The notes below the pieces were generated by a model. That model had not been told where the DNA came from. It did not search any database and saw only the letters and a program-made list of their open reading frames with translations. The translations under genes were made by a program, and so were the position numbers. Shown here one piece after another: positions 27,585 to 37,910 of a stretch of DNA of 64,000 nt. Positions within the stretch are counted from its first letter, which is position 1. Every line of letters starts with the position of its first letter. The stretch spans positions 3,268 through 67,267 of the forward strand of contig JAZSHF010000005.1 in the NCBI GenBank assembly GCA_045533115.1, given 5' to 3'. This DNA is from Eubacteriales bacterium (lineage in GTDB: Bacteria; Bacillota; Clostridia; Oscillospirales; CAG-272).

Positions 27585-28085
27585 TTATTTAACGTAGGTA
27601 ACTATCTTCCACTTCATTCCGCTCGGGGAATCGTCGGAAGTTGAGATAAACGTTTCGCTTTCACTTTCGATTTTCCAGCCGTTTTCGTCGAGGTTCGGGA
27701 AAAATGCATCGGCGGGAAGCTCGGCATCGAATTTCGTGACGTAAATTCTCTGACAGTACGGCAAAAATAGCTTATAGATACTGTCACCGCCGATAACTAC
27801 GGCGTTTTCGTCTTCGCCTATCATCGAGAGGGCTTCGTCAAGACCGTGTGCAACCTCGGCACCCTCTACCTTGTAGTCGGGATTTCTTGAAAGAATAATA
27901 TTTCTTCTGTTTTTCAGCGGTTGACCGTTCGGAAAGGTGGACAGCGTTTTTGAGCCGAGAATGACGGTCTTTCCGCTCGTGACTGAACGGAAATTGCGGA
28001 GATCGTCACGGACACGGCAGAGAAGCTCGCCCTTATAACCTATTCCCCAGCCGCGGTCAACGGCAACTATTGCCTCGAGCATCAT
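27585..28085 (-). CDS. folA: Dihydrofolate reductase
   Basis: [22 protein letters not shown]... and RRNIILSR are DHFR motifs. The start ATG at 28085-28083 overlaps the metK stop TGA at 28084-28082 (ATGA overlap). Confidence 0.9.
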   Translation of the reverse strand: MMLEAIVAVDRGWGIGYKGELLCRVRDDLRNFRSVTSGKTVILGSKTLSTFPNGQPLKNRRNIILSRNPDYKVEGAEVAHGLDEALSMIGEDENAVVIGGDSIYKLFLPYCQRIYVTKFDAELPADAFFPNLDENGWKIESESETFISTSDDSPSGMKWKIVTYVK

Positions 28086-29257
28086 TTGAGAAGTGCCGCA
28101 AGCGTGGGCGCTATATCGGTCTTTTCCCAACCTACGTTAAGCTCCTCGCGGCCGAGGTGACCGTAAGCGGCAAGAGGGGCGTAGATAGGACGGCGGAGAT
28201 CAAAACGCTTGATAAGTGCGGCGGGACGGAGGTCAACGAGCTGACAAATCTTATCGCAGATCACGTCCTCGGCAACCTTGCCCGTGCCGAAGGTATCTAC
28301 CATTACCGAAACGGGCTTCGCAACGCCGATAGCGTAAGCAAGCTGAACCTCGCATTTAGATGCAAGACCTGCCTTGACTATGTTCTTTGCAAGATAACGC
28401 GCGGCATAAGCACCCGTGCGGTCAACCTTCGTCGGATCCTTGCCCGAGAATGCACCGCCGCCGTGACGCGAATATCCGCCGTAGGTGTCAACGATTATCT
28501 TTCTTCCCGTAAGACCGGAATCACCGTGAGGCCCGCCTACGACGAAGCGTCCCGTCGGGTTAACGTATATTTTGGTATTTTCGTCAATAAGGTTCGACGG
28601 AACGGTCGCGTAAATAACGTGCTTTTTGATATCCTCTCTTATCTGCTCAAGGGTGATCTCCCCGTCGTGCTGTGAGGAAACGACGACTGTGTCGATGCGG
28701 ACGGGCTTGTCGCCGTCGTATTCAACCGTCACCTGCGTCTTTCCGTCGGGACGGAGATAGGAAAGCGTGCCGTTCTTTCTGACTTCTGTGAGCTTCTTTG
28801 CGAGCGCGTGCGAAAGGGAGATCGGGAGCGGCATAAGCTCGGGGGTTTCGTCGCAAGCGTAGCCGAACATCATACCCTGGTCGCCTGCACCTGTGTCAAG
28901 GCCGTCGCCGTTGCCTTCCTTAGCCTCGTAGGAGAGGTCAACTCCGAGGGCGATGTCGGGGGACTGACCGTGTACCATATTGATAACGGCACAGGTGTCG
29001 CAGTCGAAGCCGTACTTGCCGCGGTCGTATCCGATCGCTCTTACCGCCTCGCGTGCGATAGTCTGGAAATCAATGACCGCGGTGGTCGTTATTTCGCCCA
29101 TTATCGAGATAACGCCCGTCGTGACGGTCGTCTCACACGCAACGCGCGCCATCGGGTCGAGTTCAAGTATCGCGTCAAGGACGGAGTCGGAAATTTTGTC
29201 GCAAATTTTGTCGGGATGACCTTCGGTCACCGATTCGGATGTAAATAGTTTTTTCAT
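28082..29257 (-). CDS. metK: S-adenosylmethionine synthase
   Basis: 391-aa ORF with the motifs GHPDK, GAGDQG and GGGAFSGKD. Confidence 0.98.
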   Translation of the reverse strand: MKKLFTSESVTEGHPDKICDKISDSVLDAILELDPMARVACETTVTTGVISIMGEITTTAVIDFQTIAREAVRAIGYDRGKYGFDCDTCAVINMVHGQSPDIALGVDLSYEAKEGNGDGLDTGAGDQGMMFGYACDETPELMPLPISLSHALAKKLTEVRKNGTLSYLRPDGKTQVTVEYDGDKPVRIDTVVVSSQHDGEITLEQIREDIKKHVIYATVPSNLIDENTKIYVNPTGRFVVGGPHGDSGLTGRKIIVDTYGGYSRHGGGAFSGKDPTKVDRTGAYAARYLAKNIVKAGLASKCEVQLAYAIGVAKPVSVMVDTFGTGKVAEDVICDKICQLVDLRPAALIKRFDLRRPIYAPLAAYGHLGREELNVGWEKTDIAPTLAALLK

Positions 29258-29308
29258 TTTCTTCTTCCTTCTTCTAAAAATTCTCTCTTGTTTTCGTTCC
29301 GAGGGAAC

Positions 29309-29467
29309 AAAAAGACCCTCGCAGAACGAGGGTCATCTTTTCTTCAAATTAACTCTCATCTGCCCGGATTTGGCACCTTTTTGGTTTATTTTGGGCGTTT
29401 ATCACGCTTAAACCAAATGGTTGTCGGGCTTCACAGGGCCGGTCCCTCCGCCACTCTTGATAAGAAC
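29309..29467 (-). promoter_or_regulatory. SAM-I (S-box) riboswitch with terminator, in the metK leader
   Basis: The minus strand reads TTCTTATCAAGAGTGGCGGAGGGACCGGCCCTGTGAAGCCCGACAACC...GGTGCCAAATCCGGGCAGATGAGAG. The terminator GACCCTCGTTCTGCGAGGGTC followed by TTTTT comes next. Confidence 0.9.
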
Positions 29468-29473
29468 GTGGAT

Positions 29474-29502
29474 ATTATAACACATCTGACGACGGATTTC
29501 AA
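29474..29502 (-). promoter_or_regulatory. metK promoter
   Basis: On the minus strand: TTGAAA, a 17-nt spacer, TATAAT, about 7 nt upstream of the riboswitch P1 stem. Confidence 0.65.
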
Positions 29503-29559
29503 CCTTTTTTGAGAAAATTTTATTTGAACAACGCGGCGGAGCATCGGGGGGGTTGTTAG

Positions 29560-29750
29560 CCTCCCCCTTGGGGAAGGTGTCGGTCGAAGACCGACGGATG
29601 AGGTGTAGCCGCGAAGCGGCGTTACCAAAGCAAAGTAACATTGTTTTTGTAACGGATGCTTCGCATCCTAACCTCATCCGACTTCGTTCGGCTTCGCCTC
29701 TCTCAGCCACCTTCCCCAAGGGGAAGGCTAGATGCGACCGATGGTCGCCA
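29560..29750. repeat. Complete mosaic hairpin repeat plus a degenerate REP
   Basis: Left arm, then GTAG CCGCGAAGCGGC, then the connector GTTACCAAAGCAAAGTAACATTGTTTTTGTAAC, then GGATGCTTCGCATCC TAACCTCATCC and the right arm. GCGACCGATGGTCGC at 29734-29748. Confidence 0.9.
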
Positions 29751-29774
29751 TATATAAATTGATCCATAAACAAG

Positions 29775-29802
29775 CAAAAACAGACGGACAGCGTCCGCCT
29801 GT
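29775..29802 (-). terminator. Intrinsic terminator after the flippase gene
   Basis: CAGACGGACAGCGTCCGCCTG with a U-run on the minus strand. Confidence 0.7.
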
Positions 29803-29811
29803 TTTATAATC

Positions 29812-31449
29812 TTAGTCAGCCAAAAGCTTCATTTTCGAAAGCACTCTTGCGAGCTTTTTGCCTCGGGGGAGCATTTCGACCTCTTCGCGCGTAATTCCGC
29901 GGATGACGAGGATGGTCAGAGCGTAAACGATCACCGCCGTGAAAATCGAAAGAATAAGGGAAATATCCGCAATACCGATAAGCGTATAGTAAAGCTTATA
30001 CGATCCGATCGCGCCGCCGGCACATACGACAGCCGAGATGAGCGGCTTGATTATCAGCTTTGCAAAATTCGGCGTGTAGCCTATCTTTTTGCGAATGAAG
30101 TAGAAATTCATCGCCGAGATCGTGAAGCAGGAGAGGATAGCCGAGATGGGCGAGCCCATAACGCCGATATCCTTTACCGAAACGAGAGCCATCGTTGTAA
30201 TGACCTTTACGACGGCACCGACTGCAACGCTGATAACGGGGTAACGCCCGAGCTTATGTGACTGAAGTATCGCCGCTGTCGTCGATATCATACTCATAAA
30301 GAATACCGACATAACGTGAACCGAAAGGAGAGGCCCTGCCGACCTTGCGGCACTTGCCGAGCGGAAAAGGAATGCAACTATCGGTTCTGCAAGAACCGAA
30401 ATTCCGAAGATACAGGGAAGAATTACGATTATTCCCATACGGAAGGCGGTATCCATCGTCTTTTTGACCTTTTCGGGCTTGCCCTCGGCGACGGCGACCG
30501 AAATGAGCGGTACTATGACCGAGGTTATCGGGTTGGCGAACGCCAAAATTATGTTACTTATCGGGGTAACGCAGGTCTTTAAGTTTCCGATAAACGCCTT
30601 CGTCGCTTCCTGCGTGTAGTTGAGCTGTAATCCGCGCGACAGGATTATACCGTCAAGCACGTTTGACAGCGTCATAACCGAGCTTGAAAGGGTTATCGGT
30701 ATCGCGATAGCAATAAGCATCTTGATAATCTTCGACGCGGAGCTTGTTTCCATACCGTCTTTTAATAGGCCGGCGTATTCGGTATCGTATTTTGCGGGCT
30801 TAAAGACGAGCTTTCTTATAATGAGCGACACCATTCCCGCCGCAACTCCGACGGTCAGACCGAAGACGGCGTAGGCGGCGACAATATGTGTCGGCTTGCC
30901 TGCCTGAACGGCGTAATTTGCAAAGAGGATACCGAGAGCCATCTTTCCGACTGCCTCGATGACGTTCGAGACCGCCGACGGAACCATATTCTGGTAACCT
31001 TGAAAATAGCCCTTGAGCGCCGACGCGATGCATATAAAGAAGAGCGTCGGGGCGATCGCCATAATGCTGAACGACAGATTGTCTATCTTGTACGCCGTCT
31101 CAAAGAGCGGCGCACCGAAGAACATTATGGAAGTGCCGATAAGGCCTATAGCGACGAAAAGCCACATCGCTATCTTCATTATCTTCTTGCTTTCCCGTAT
31201 ATTACCGCTTGCACGGTTTTCCGATATCATCATCGAAACGGCGGTAGGCAGTCCCACGTTCGACACGGTATAAAGGAAGGCGTATATGTCGTAGGCATTG
31301 TTGTAATATGCCATTCCGCTGTCGGAGAGTATTCCGCGGAGCGGTATTTTGAGAAGGAGTCCGACCGTCTTGACGAACAGATTTGCTATCGTCAGGGCGA
31401 GGACGCCCGAGAGCATTCGGGACGCTCCCTTTCTTTCCTTTGCACTCAC
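29812..31449 (-). CDS. MOP-superfamily flippase (MurJ / SpoVB-like polysaccharide biosynthesis protein)
   Basis: 545-aa ORF with about 14 TM segments. The N-terminus ...KIPLRGILSDSGMAYYNNAYDIY is typical of this family. Confidence 0.8.
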   Translation of the reverse strand: MSAKERKGASRMLSGVLALTIANLFVKTVGLLLKIPLRGILSDSGMAYYNNAYDIYAFLYTVSNVGLPTAVSMMISENRASGNIRESKKIMKIAMWLFVAIGLIGTSIMFFGAPLFETAYKIDNLSFSIMAIAPTLFFICIASALKGYFQGYQNMVPSAVSNVIEAVGKMALGILFANYAVQAGKPTHIVAAYAVFGLTVGVAAGMVSLIIRKLVFKPAKYDTEYAGLLKDGMETSSASKIIKMLIAIAIPITLSSSVMTLSNVLDGIILSRGLQLNYTQEATKAFIGNLKTCVTPISNIILAFANPITSVIVPLISVAVAEGKPEKVKKTMDTAFRMGIIVILPCIFGISVLAEPIVAFLFRSASAARSAGPLLSVHVMSVFFMSMISTTAAILQSHKLGRYPVISVAVGAVVKVITTMALVSVKDIGVMGSPISAILSCFTISAMNFYFIRKKIGYTPNFAKLIIKPLISAVVCAGGAIGSYKLYYTLIGIADISLILSIFTAVIVYALTILVIRGITREEVEMLPRGKKLARVLSKMKLLAD

Positions 31450-31464
31450 TTTTTTAACCCTTTT

Positions 31465-32898
31465 TTACTTATTTATATATTCGTATGTGTATTTCGGCTC
31501 GAATATTCGCTCGATCTTGCCGCCACGATTTAAGAATTTGCTGACAGCCCCCGCACCGACGGCGTAGATGTCCTGAAGCTCTTCCATTATAAATATGTTG
31601 TAAAGCCCCTCATATCCGTCACGGCAGAAGCCGACGTTCTCGAGATTCCCCTGCGCGTTCTTTTGGCGGTAGAGGTAGTAGGGGAAATATCCCGCCTGAC
31701 CGAGCGCCCTTTGGGCGTAATCGACGCAGGAAGCACTTACACCACCGAAAAAGGAGTATATACCGCGCTTGTCACCGCCGAGAAGCGCCTCGGTCGTAAA
31801 CGACGCGGCACGCTTGACGCAGTAGGTATGAACCGTTACGTTTTGCGGGGAAAGGTCGATTATCTTGTCGACGGTCGAGCAGAAGCTTTCCTCGGTTGCC
31901 GTCGGAAGCCCTGCGATAAGGTCGGTGTTTATGCTTCTTATACCGCTTTTTACCGCAATTTCATAAGCACGGTAGAAATCGTCGACGGTATGACGGCGGC
32001 CGATTTCACTCAGAACACCGTCATCGAGAATTTGCGGATTTATGCTCGTTCTGTCAACGCCGAACGAGGTCATAATATCAAACTTTTCCTTTGTCACGGT
32101 GTCGGGACGTCCCGCCTCGACGGTAAATTCGAGGATATTATGCCCCTTTATATTATCCACGACTGTGGAAAGCAGACGGTGAAGCTGCTTTTCGTTAAGG
32201 ACGGTAGGGGTTCCGCCGCCGATATAGACGGTCTTTATCCTTTTGCCCGCCTCGTTTATCTGTCTGCACCTGTTCTCAATATCAAGACAGAGCTTGTCAA
32301 GATAATCGGGGAGCGTCGCGAGGTATCGCGGGGTAGAATACGATACGAAGGAGCAGTAACCGCACCTCGTCGGGCAGAACGGAATTGATATATAAAGGGA
32401 ACAGGTGTCGGAGCCGAGCAGCGAACGCGCGTATTTCTGACGCTCGTTTACCTCGGTGAGCAGCTCGGCTTTCTCCTTTCGGATAAGGAAATCCGAAACG
32501 AGAGCATTTACTGCCTCGTCCCTCGTCAGCCCGTTTTTTACAAGCTCCTCTGCGAGCTTCGACGGGCGGACGCCCGTTGAAATTCCCCAAGGGGGTGCCT
32601 GACCGAGTAAAACCCCGCCCGCACGCTGAAATGCCTTTCCGACTGCGAGCTTTTTTGCGCGGTCGGGGGTTCGTATTTCATTCGCTTCTGCTTCGCCCCT
32701 GCCCGAAGCGGTCGTTTTTCCGTCGAAAAGCGTCACTTCCGCATAAAAAACGCCGTTTTCCCCGCGCAAAACCACGTTTGCTTCGGGAATTTCTCCCGTC
32801 TGAACTTCGTTTTCGGGGAACTTCGCACCGGGGAAGAAGATAAGACATAGATTTTGGCAATAGGTTCTTTTTATATCGCCCTCGATCTTAACTATCAT
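31465..32898 (-). CDS. hemZ: Radical SAM coproporphyrinogen dehydrogenase-like protein (HemZ type)
   Basis: 477-aa ORF with the radical SAM motif CPTRCGYCSF and a HemN-like C-terminus. Confidence 0.8.
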   Translation of the reverse strand: MIVKIEGDIKRTYCQNLCLIFFPGAKFPENEVQTGEIPEANVVLRGENGVFYAEVTLFDGKTTASGRGEAEANEIRTPDRAKKLAVGKAFQRAGGVLLGQAPPWGISTGVRPSKLAEELVKNGLTRDEAVNALVSDFLIRKEKAELLTEVNERQKYARSLLGSDTCSLYISIPFCPTRCGYCSFVSYSTPRYLATLPDYLDKLCLDIENRCRQINEAGKRIKTVYIGGGTPTVLNEKQLHRLLSTVVDNIKGHNILEFTVEAGRPDTVTKEKFDIMTSFGVDRTSINPQILDDGVLSEIGRRHTVDDFYRAYEIAVKSGIRSINTDLIAGLPTATEESFCSTVDKIIDLSPQNVTVHTYCVKRAASFTTEALLGGDKRGIYSFFGGVSASCVDYAQRALGQAGYFPYYLYRQKNAQGNLENVGFCRDGYEGLYNIFIMEELQDIYAVGAGAVSKFLNRGGKIERIFEPKYTYEYINK

Positions 32899-33359
32899 TT
32901 TTTGTCCCCTCGAAGCTCGTCGGTGTCGAGGATTATCGTCACGGGGCCGTCGTTAAGAAGCTCGACCTTCATATCCGCGCCGAAAATTCCGCGCTCAGTC
33001 TTACATTCCGAGAGGGCTTTTACCTTGTCTGTAAAATATTCGTAAAGCTCGTTTGCGCGGACGGGGCCTTCTGAGGCAAAAAAGTCTGGGCGGTTACCGT
33101 GGACGCAGTTTGCGTAGAGGGTAAACTGCGAAATTACGAGAATTTCGCCGCCTATTTGGTTAAGCGACAGGTTCATTTTGCCGTTCTCGTCGCAAAAAAT
33201 TCTCATTTTTGCAATTTTAGCCGCCAAAATATCGGCTTCCGCTTCACTGTCGCCCTTTCCGACGCCGAGAAGCACGAGAAATCCCTGCCCTATCTTGCCG
33301 ACGACCTCGTTTTCAACCGTGACCGAGGCGTATTTTACTCTTTGAATTACCGCCTTCAC
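32895..33359 (-). CDS. dtd: D-aminoacyl-tRNA deacylase
   Basis: 154-aa ORF with MKAVIQRV...SQFTLYA...G.RP motifs. Has 4-nt overlaps with both neighbouring genes. Confidence 0.93.
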   Translation of the reverse strand: MKAVIQRVKYASVTVENEVVGKIGQGFLVLLGVGKGDSEAEADILAAKIAKMRIFCDENGKMNLSLNQIGGEILVISQFTLYANCVHGNRPDFFASEGPVRANELYEYFTDKVKALSECKTERGIFGADMKVELLNDGPVTIILDTDELRGDKK

Positions 33360-35578
33360 GTCGTATAACCTCTACTTACTTCCTCAACGTTGTCGACAGA
33401 GCGCAGACGCGAGAGGATAGATTTGAAATGGTCAAGATTTTTACAGCTGACCGTAAGCTCGACTATCGTGCAGTCGGAGCGGTTGTGCGTTGCTATGCCG
33501 AGAAGCGCGACGCGCATATCGGCAGGCGCCATCGTAATGTCGGCGATAAGGCGGATACCGGGCTGTGCGGTAATTCTTATATGCGCCTCAAACTCACCGC
33601 CGTGCATCGAGGTGCTTTCCCAGCGCGCATTTACCCAGCGGTCGATATATGCGGGGTTTTTAAGTCCCGAAATGACGTTCGGGCAGTCCTGCTTGTGAAC
33701 CGAAATGCCGTATCCCTTGGTTATAAAGCCGATGACCGAGTCTCCGGGGAGAGGGTTACAGCACTTGCTGAACTTGACGGATAGACCCTCGACGCCGTCG
33801 ATGATAACTCCGCTCGTCGACTTCTTGCGCTTTACGGTCTGAACGTCAGACGCTTCGACGATAGCGGGCGTTTCGTCCTTGACTACGCGGTCGAACTCGT
33901 CTCTTATCTTGGTTCCGATCTTCGAAACGGTAATTCCGCCGTAGCCTATCGTATTGTAAAGGTCTTCAATATCCTGAATGCCGATACGCTTCGCGACGTT
34001 GAGAAGAATTTCGGCCTTCTGCGCGTCGGTACACGCCTTGCCGATGCGCTTGAATTCGCGCTCGATCTCGATACGGCCGACGTTGATGTTCTCGGGACGC
34101 TGCTCCTTCTTGAACCATTGGCGTATCTTGTTTCGCGCTTCGCCTGTGCGGACTATCTTCATCCAGTCACGCGACGGGCCTCGCGATGCGGCGGAGGTAA
34201 TTATCTCAACGATCTCGCCGTTTTGCGGAGCGCGGTCGATAGGAACTATCATACCGTTTATCTTCGCTCCTACCATCTTGTTACCGACGGCGGAGTGAAT
34301 TGCATACGCGAAGTCGATGACGGTCGCGCCCTGCGGGAGCGTTATAATGTCGCCCTTGGGGGTAAAGACGAAGACCTCGTCGTGCATTATATCTATTTTG
34401 AGTGCCTGAAGAAATTCCTCGGGGTCGCGCGTGTCGTCCTCAGTTTCAATGAGCTTCGCTATCCAGGAAAGCTTGCGGTCAATCTCTTCTCTGCTCTCCT
34501 CGCCGCTCTTGTATTTCCAGTGTGCGGCGACACCGTATTCTGCGACACGGTGCATTTCCCAGGTTCTTATCTGAACCTCAAAGGGAATGGCGTTTCTTCC
34601 CATAACGGTTGTGTGCAGAGAACGGTACATATTAGGCTTCGGGGTGGAAATATAGTCCTTGAAGCGTCCGGGCACCATATTGAACATTTCGTGTATCATA
34701 CCGAGGACGACGTAGCATTCCTCCTCGGTGTCGACGATGACTCGGAGCGCGTAGAAGTCGAATATCTCCTCAAAGCTCTTATTCTGCTGATACATCTTGC
34801 GGTAGATGCTGTAAACGCTCTTTACGCGTCCTTCAAGTGTGAACTTGATTCCCGCTCCCGTCAGCTTGTCGGAGACGCGTTTACGCATCTGCTCGATGAA
34901 GTCGCGGCTCTCGCCGTAACGCTTTTCGATGTCGTTACGGATCTCCTCGTGTCCGATCGGATCGAGGTATTCGAGAGAACGGTTTTCAAGCTCGTGCTTC
35001 ATTCTCTGCATACCGAGCCGGTGAGCAAGGGGCGCGTAAACGTGCATCGTTTCAAGGGCGGTGCTTCGTCTCTTTTCGTCCTTCTTTACGCCGAGGGTAC
35101 GCATATTGTGAAGTCGGTCACAGAGCTTTACGAAGATAACTCGGACGTCCTTCGCCATGGCGAGGAACATCTTACGAAGGTCCTCAACGTGCTGCTCCTC
35201 TTTATCCGAAAAGGGAATACGGACGAGCTTCGTCAGGCCGTCAACGAGGTGTGCAACGTCCTCCCCGAACGCCTTTTTTATCATCGTAAGGTCGATAAGC
35301 TCGCCGCAGTCCTCGACGGTATCGTGAAGAAGCGCGGCGCAGATCGAATCGGTGTCGAGACCGAGCCCTACCGCTATTTCGGCAACGGCAACGGGGTGGC
35401 TTATATAAGGGTCTCCGCTGTAACGGTACTGACCCTCGTGAAGCTCCCTTGCGAGCTCGTAGGCACGCATTATCTTGTCGGTGTCGTAGTGCTTACCCGA
35501 CTTTTCGATGGCAGATAGAAGCTTTCCTATGCCCGTCGGGTCGTTTTTTACTGTTTCGTTAGCTGCTTGTATATGCAT
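33356..35578 (-). CDS. relA: Bifunctional (p)ppGpp synthetase/hydrolase
   Basis: 740-aa ORF with HD hydrolase, RelA/SpoT synthetase, TGS and ACT regions. Confidence 0.96.
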   Translation of the reverse strand: MHIQAANETVKNDPTGIGKLLSAIEKSGKHYDTDKIMRAYELARELHEGQYRYSGDPYISHPVAVAEIAVGLGLDTDSICAALLHDTVEDCGELIDLTMIKKAFGEDVAHLVDGLTKLVRIPFSDKEEQHVEDLRKMFLAMAKDVRVIFVKLCDRLHNMRTLGVKKDEKRRSTALETMHVYAPLAHRLGMQRMKHELENRSLEYLDPIGHEEIRNDIEKRYGESRDFIEQMRKRVSDKLTGAGIKFTLEGRVKSVYSIYRKMYQQNKSFEEIFDFYALRVIVDTEEECYVVLGMIHEMFNMVPGRFKDYISTPKPNMYRSLHTTVMGRNAIPFEVQIRTWEMHRVAEYGVAAHWKYKSGEESREEIDRKLSWIAKLIETEDDTRDPEEFLQALKIDIMHDEVFVFTPKGDIITLPQGATVIDFAYAIHSAVGNKMVGAKINGMIVPIDRAPQNGEIVEIITSAASRGPSRDWMKIVRTGEARNKIRQWFKKEQRPENINVGRIEIEREFKRIGKACTDAQKAEILLNVAKRIGIQDIEDLYNTIGYGGITVSKIGTKIRDEFDRVVKDETPAIVEASDVQTVKRKKSTSGVIIDGVEGLSVKFSKCCNPLPGDSVIGFITKGYGISVHKQDCPNVISGLKNPAYIDRWVNARWESTSMHGGEFEAHIRITAQPGIRLIADITMAPADMRVALLGIATHNRSDCTIVELTVSCKNLDHFKSILSRLRSVDNVEEVSRGYTT

Positions 35579-37668
35579 GATCTTTCCAAATCTACTTTCG
35601 TTTCAATGTGAGGGACGGCAATAAAGACGCTTTCGCTTCCTTTTTCGCCGTCGGTACCGCTCAGGGTAATAACTCCGCTTTCGCTTAAAATATCAAGAAC
35701 GAGGCGGAGCTTTATATAGCTCATATCACCGCCGTTTATGGGAATAAGCGCGTGAAGAAGCGAGCGCAACGGTATCGAAGCGCCGTCCTCGGGCGTCGTT
35801 CTTTTAAGGTGGAGATAGGTGCTGACGAAATCAGCGCGGACGGGAATGTTTTTGCCGGGCGGCGTAACGCCGTCGATGATGCTTAAATATTCGTCATATT
35901 CCTTTTCGCGTTCAGTGCGTTGCTCGTTTGAACGGCGTATATCACGGAGCAGTATTTGCTCGCTTTTTGCGCCGCGGAATTCGTTTATACCGAGCTTAAA
36001 GGCGATGTCGACCTTATCGGACGGCGAAAATCCAAGCTCCTCGGGGGAGCTTCCGAAGAACACGGCGGAAATGCGCTTGCCGTTTCCTTCGAGGAGATAT
36101 TTCGTGTGTCTGCCCTGACCCATTGAGGTCGCCTCAATGACCGTCAGCGACGGGCAGTAGAAGGACGGCTGCGGATTTCCGACACCGCACGGCTCGATAA
36201 GCTCAAGCTCTGATGCCAAAGTTAGCGTCATTTCGCTCGGCGAAAGCTCAAAATCAAGCTCGAGCGTCGGGGAAGCCGACTCTTTTCCGAGAGCCGAGAG
36301 GGCGTATTCCTTCAGCTTTTTCTTGAACGGCTCGAGGTTTTCTTCCTTTACGGTAAGACCTGCCGCCAGCTCGTGACCGCCGAATTTTTCGAGCAGGTCG
36401 GAGCAGTGGACGAGAGCCTCGACGAGGTTCATTCCCTTGACGCTTCGCCCGGAGCCCTTGCCGACACCGTCCTCAAACGAGATTATGATGGACGGCTTGC
36501 CGTATTTTTCGGTAATGCGTGAGGAAACGATGCCGATAACGCCGTGGTTCCAGCCCGTGTCGTCAAGAACGATGACGGGGGAATTCAGAGCAAGTTCATT
36601 TTCGATTCGTTCCTTTAAGGAATCGACTATCTTGTTTTCCTCGTTTTGTCTTTGAGAATTTATAAGACACAGCTCTTCCGCGATTTCGCGTATTTCGTCG
36701 GGATCGCGGGAGAGAAACAGCTCCGCGGCACGCGATGCCGACGCCATTCTGCCCGCCGCATTTATGCGGGGTGCGATGGTGAAGCTGATGACGGAGGATG
36801 TCATTTTGCGCTTTTTGCTCGGCGCCTTTACCGCGTCAACGGCGTCGAGAAGCGCGGTAATTCCCGCTCGGGGCGATCTCTCCATATAAGACAGACCCAT
36901 ACTTACGATAAGCCGATTTTCATTCACGAGCGGCATAACGTCCGCAACGGTTCCGAGCGCGGCGAGGTCGATATATTTTTTGCAAATATCGGTCAAAAAA
37001 CCGTCGGTCGGGGTTCCTCGCCTTACGCGGAGCGTGTATTCTATCGCGGTCACGAGCTTGAACGCAACTCCGACGCCGGCAAGCTCCTTAAAGGGGTAGG
37101 GGCAGTCGGGACGGTGAGGGTTCACGACGGCGGCAGCCATCGGTATCTCGCCGCGGCACTCGTGGTGGTCGGTTATTACCATATCGCAGCCGAGTGACGC
37201 GCAGTATTCAGCCTCATCGACGGCGGTAATGCCCGTGTCGACGGTGATTATGAGGTTCGTTCCGCCCCCGACCAGCTTGTCGATTGCCTCGCGGTTAACG
37301 CCATAGCCTTCGCCGACGCGGTTCGGAATGTGATATTCCGTTTCCACGCCGTTGTCGCGGAAGTAAAGGGAGAGCAGGCAGGTCGACGACACGCCGTCGA
37401 CGTCGTAGTCGCCGTAAATTGCGATTTTCTCGCCCTTTTCCATCGCGTCGGCGATCCTGTCCGCCGCCTTTTTCATATCCGCCATCAGAAACGGATCGTG
37501 GAAAAGCTCGGCTTCGAGCCGTATAAATGCGGAGGCATCCGCAGGCGTTACGTATCCGCGGTTGTAGAGCAGATTTGCAGTCGGGATCGATACACCGAGC
37601 GTTTGTGCGATATTCATTATTTCGGGAGAATCGGAACGCGATCCGATGTTCCATATTTTTTTCGCCAT
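35548..37668 (-). CDS. recJ: Single-stranded-DNA-specific exonuclease RecJ
   Basis: 706-aa ORF with DHH motifs (DYDVDG, DHH) and a DHHA1 domain. Overlaps the relA start by 31 nt. Confidence 0.94.
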   Translation of the reverse strand: MAKKIWNIGSRSDSPEIMNIAQTLGVSIPTANLLYNRGYVTPADASAFIRLEAELFHDPFLMADMKKAADRIADAMEKGEKIAIYGDYDVDGVSSTCLLSLYFRDNGVETEYHIPNRVGEGYGVNREAIDKLVGGGTNLIITVDTGITAVDEAEYCASLGCDMVITDHHECRGEIPMAAAVVNPHRPDCPYPFKELAGVGVAFKLVTAIEYTLRVRRGTPTDGFLTDICKKYIDLAALGTVADVMPLVNENRLIVSMGLSYMERSPRAGITALLDAVDAVKAPSKKRKMTSSVISFTIAPRINAAGRMASASRAAELFLSRDPDEIREIAEELCLINSQRQNEENKIVDSLKERIENELALNSPVIVLDDTGWNHGVIGIVSSRITEKYGKPSIIISFEDGVGKGSGRSVKGMNLVEALVHCSDLLEKFGGHELAAGLTVKEENLEPFKKKLKEYALSALGKESASPTLELDFELSPSEMTLTLASELELIEPCGVGNPQPSFYCPSLTVIEATSMGQGRHTKYLLEGNGKRISAVFFGSSPEELGFSPSDKVDIAFKLGINEFRGAKSEQILLRDIRRSNEQRTEREKEYDEYLSIIDGVTPPGKNIPVRADFVSTYLHLKRTTPEDGASIPLRSLLHALIPINGGDMSYIKLRLVLDILSESGVITLSGTDGEKGSESVFIAVPHIETKVDLERSCIYKQLTKQ

Positions 37669-37748
37669 AACGTGCCTCCTTTCGTGATGATTTTGATTTT
37701 TTAACGTCCGATTTCCCTTCCGTTAAGGGAGATGCGCCGCGATGTTAG

Positions 37749-37902
37749 CCTTCCCCAGCGGGGGAAGGGGGACCGCGGGCGCTGCGCCCGCGGTGGATGA
37801 GGTGTTCTAAAAGTGAAGTAACATTACTTCTGGCACACGGCGGCTTTGCCGCCTAACCTCATCCGACTTCGCTTCGCTCAGCCACCTTCCCCAAGGGGGA
37901 AG
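37749..37902. repeat. Mosaic hairpin repeat
   Basis: CCTTCCCCAGCGGGGGAAGG GGGACCGCGGGCGCTGCGCCCGCGGTGG ATGAGGTGT ... GAAGTAACATTACTTC ... GGCGGCTTTGCCGCC TAACCTCATCC ... CCTTCCCCAAGGGGGAAG. Confidence 0.85.
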
Positions 37903-37910
37903 CCTTTTTA

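Noticed and set aside
28086-28130. 15-aa N-terminal extension of folA
   Set aside because: It overlaps the end of metK. The conserved DHFR N-terminus starts at [10 protein letters not shown], and the ATGA stop/start overlap explains the junction.
34118-35518. 466-aa ORF on the plus strand
   Set aside because: It is entirely antisense to relA, which has clear domain motifs. It has no RBS or recognisable motifs. This is a typical shadow ORF in GC-rich coding DNA.
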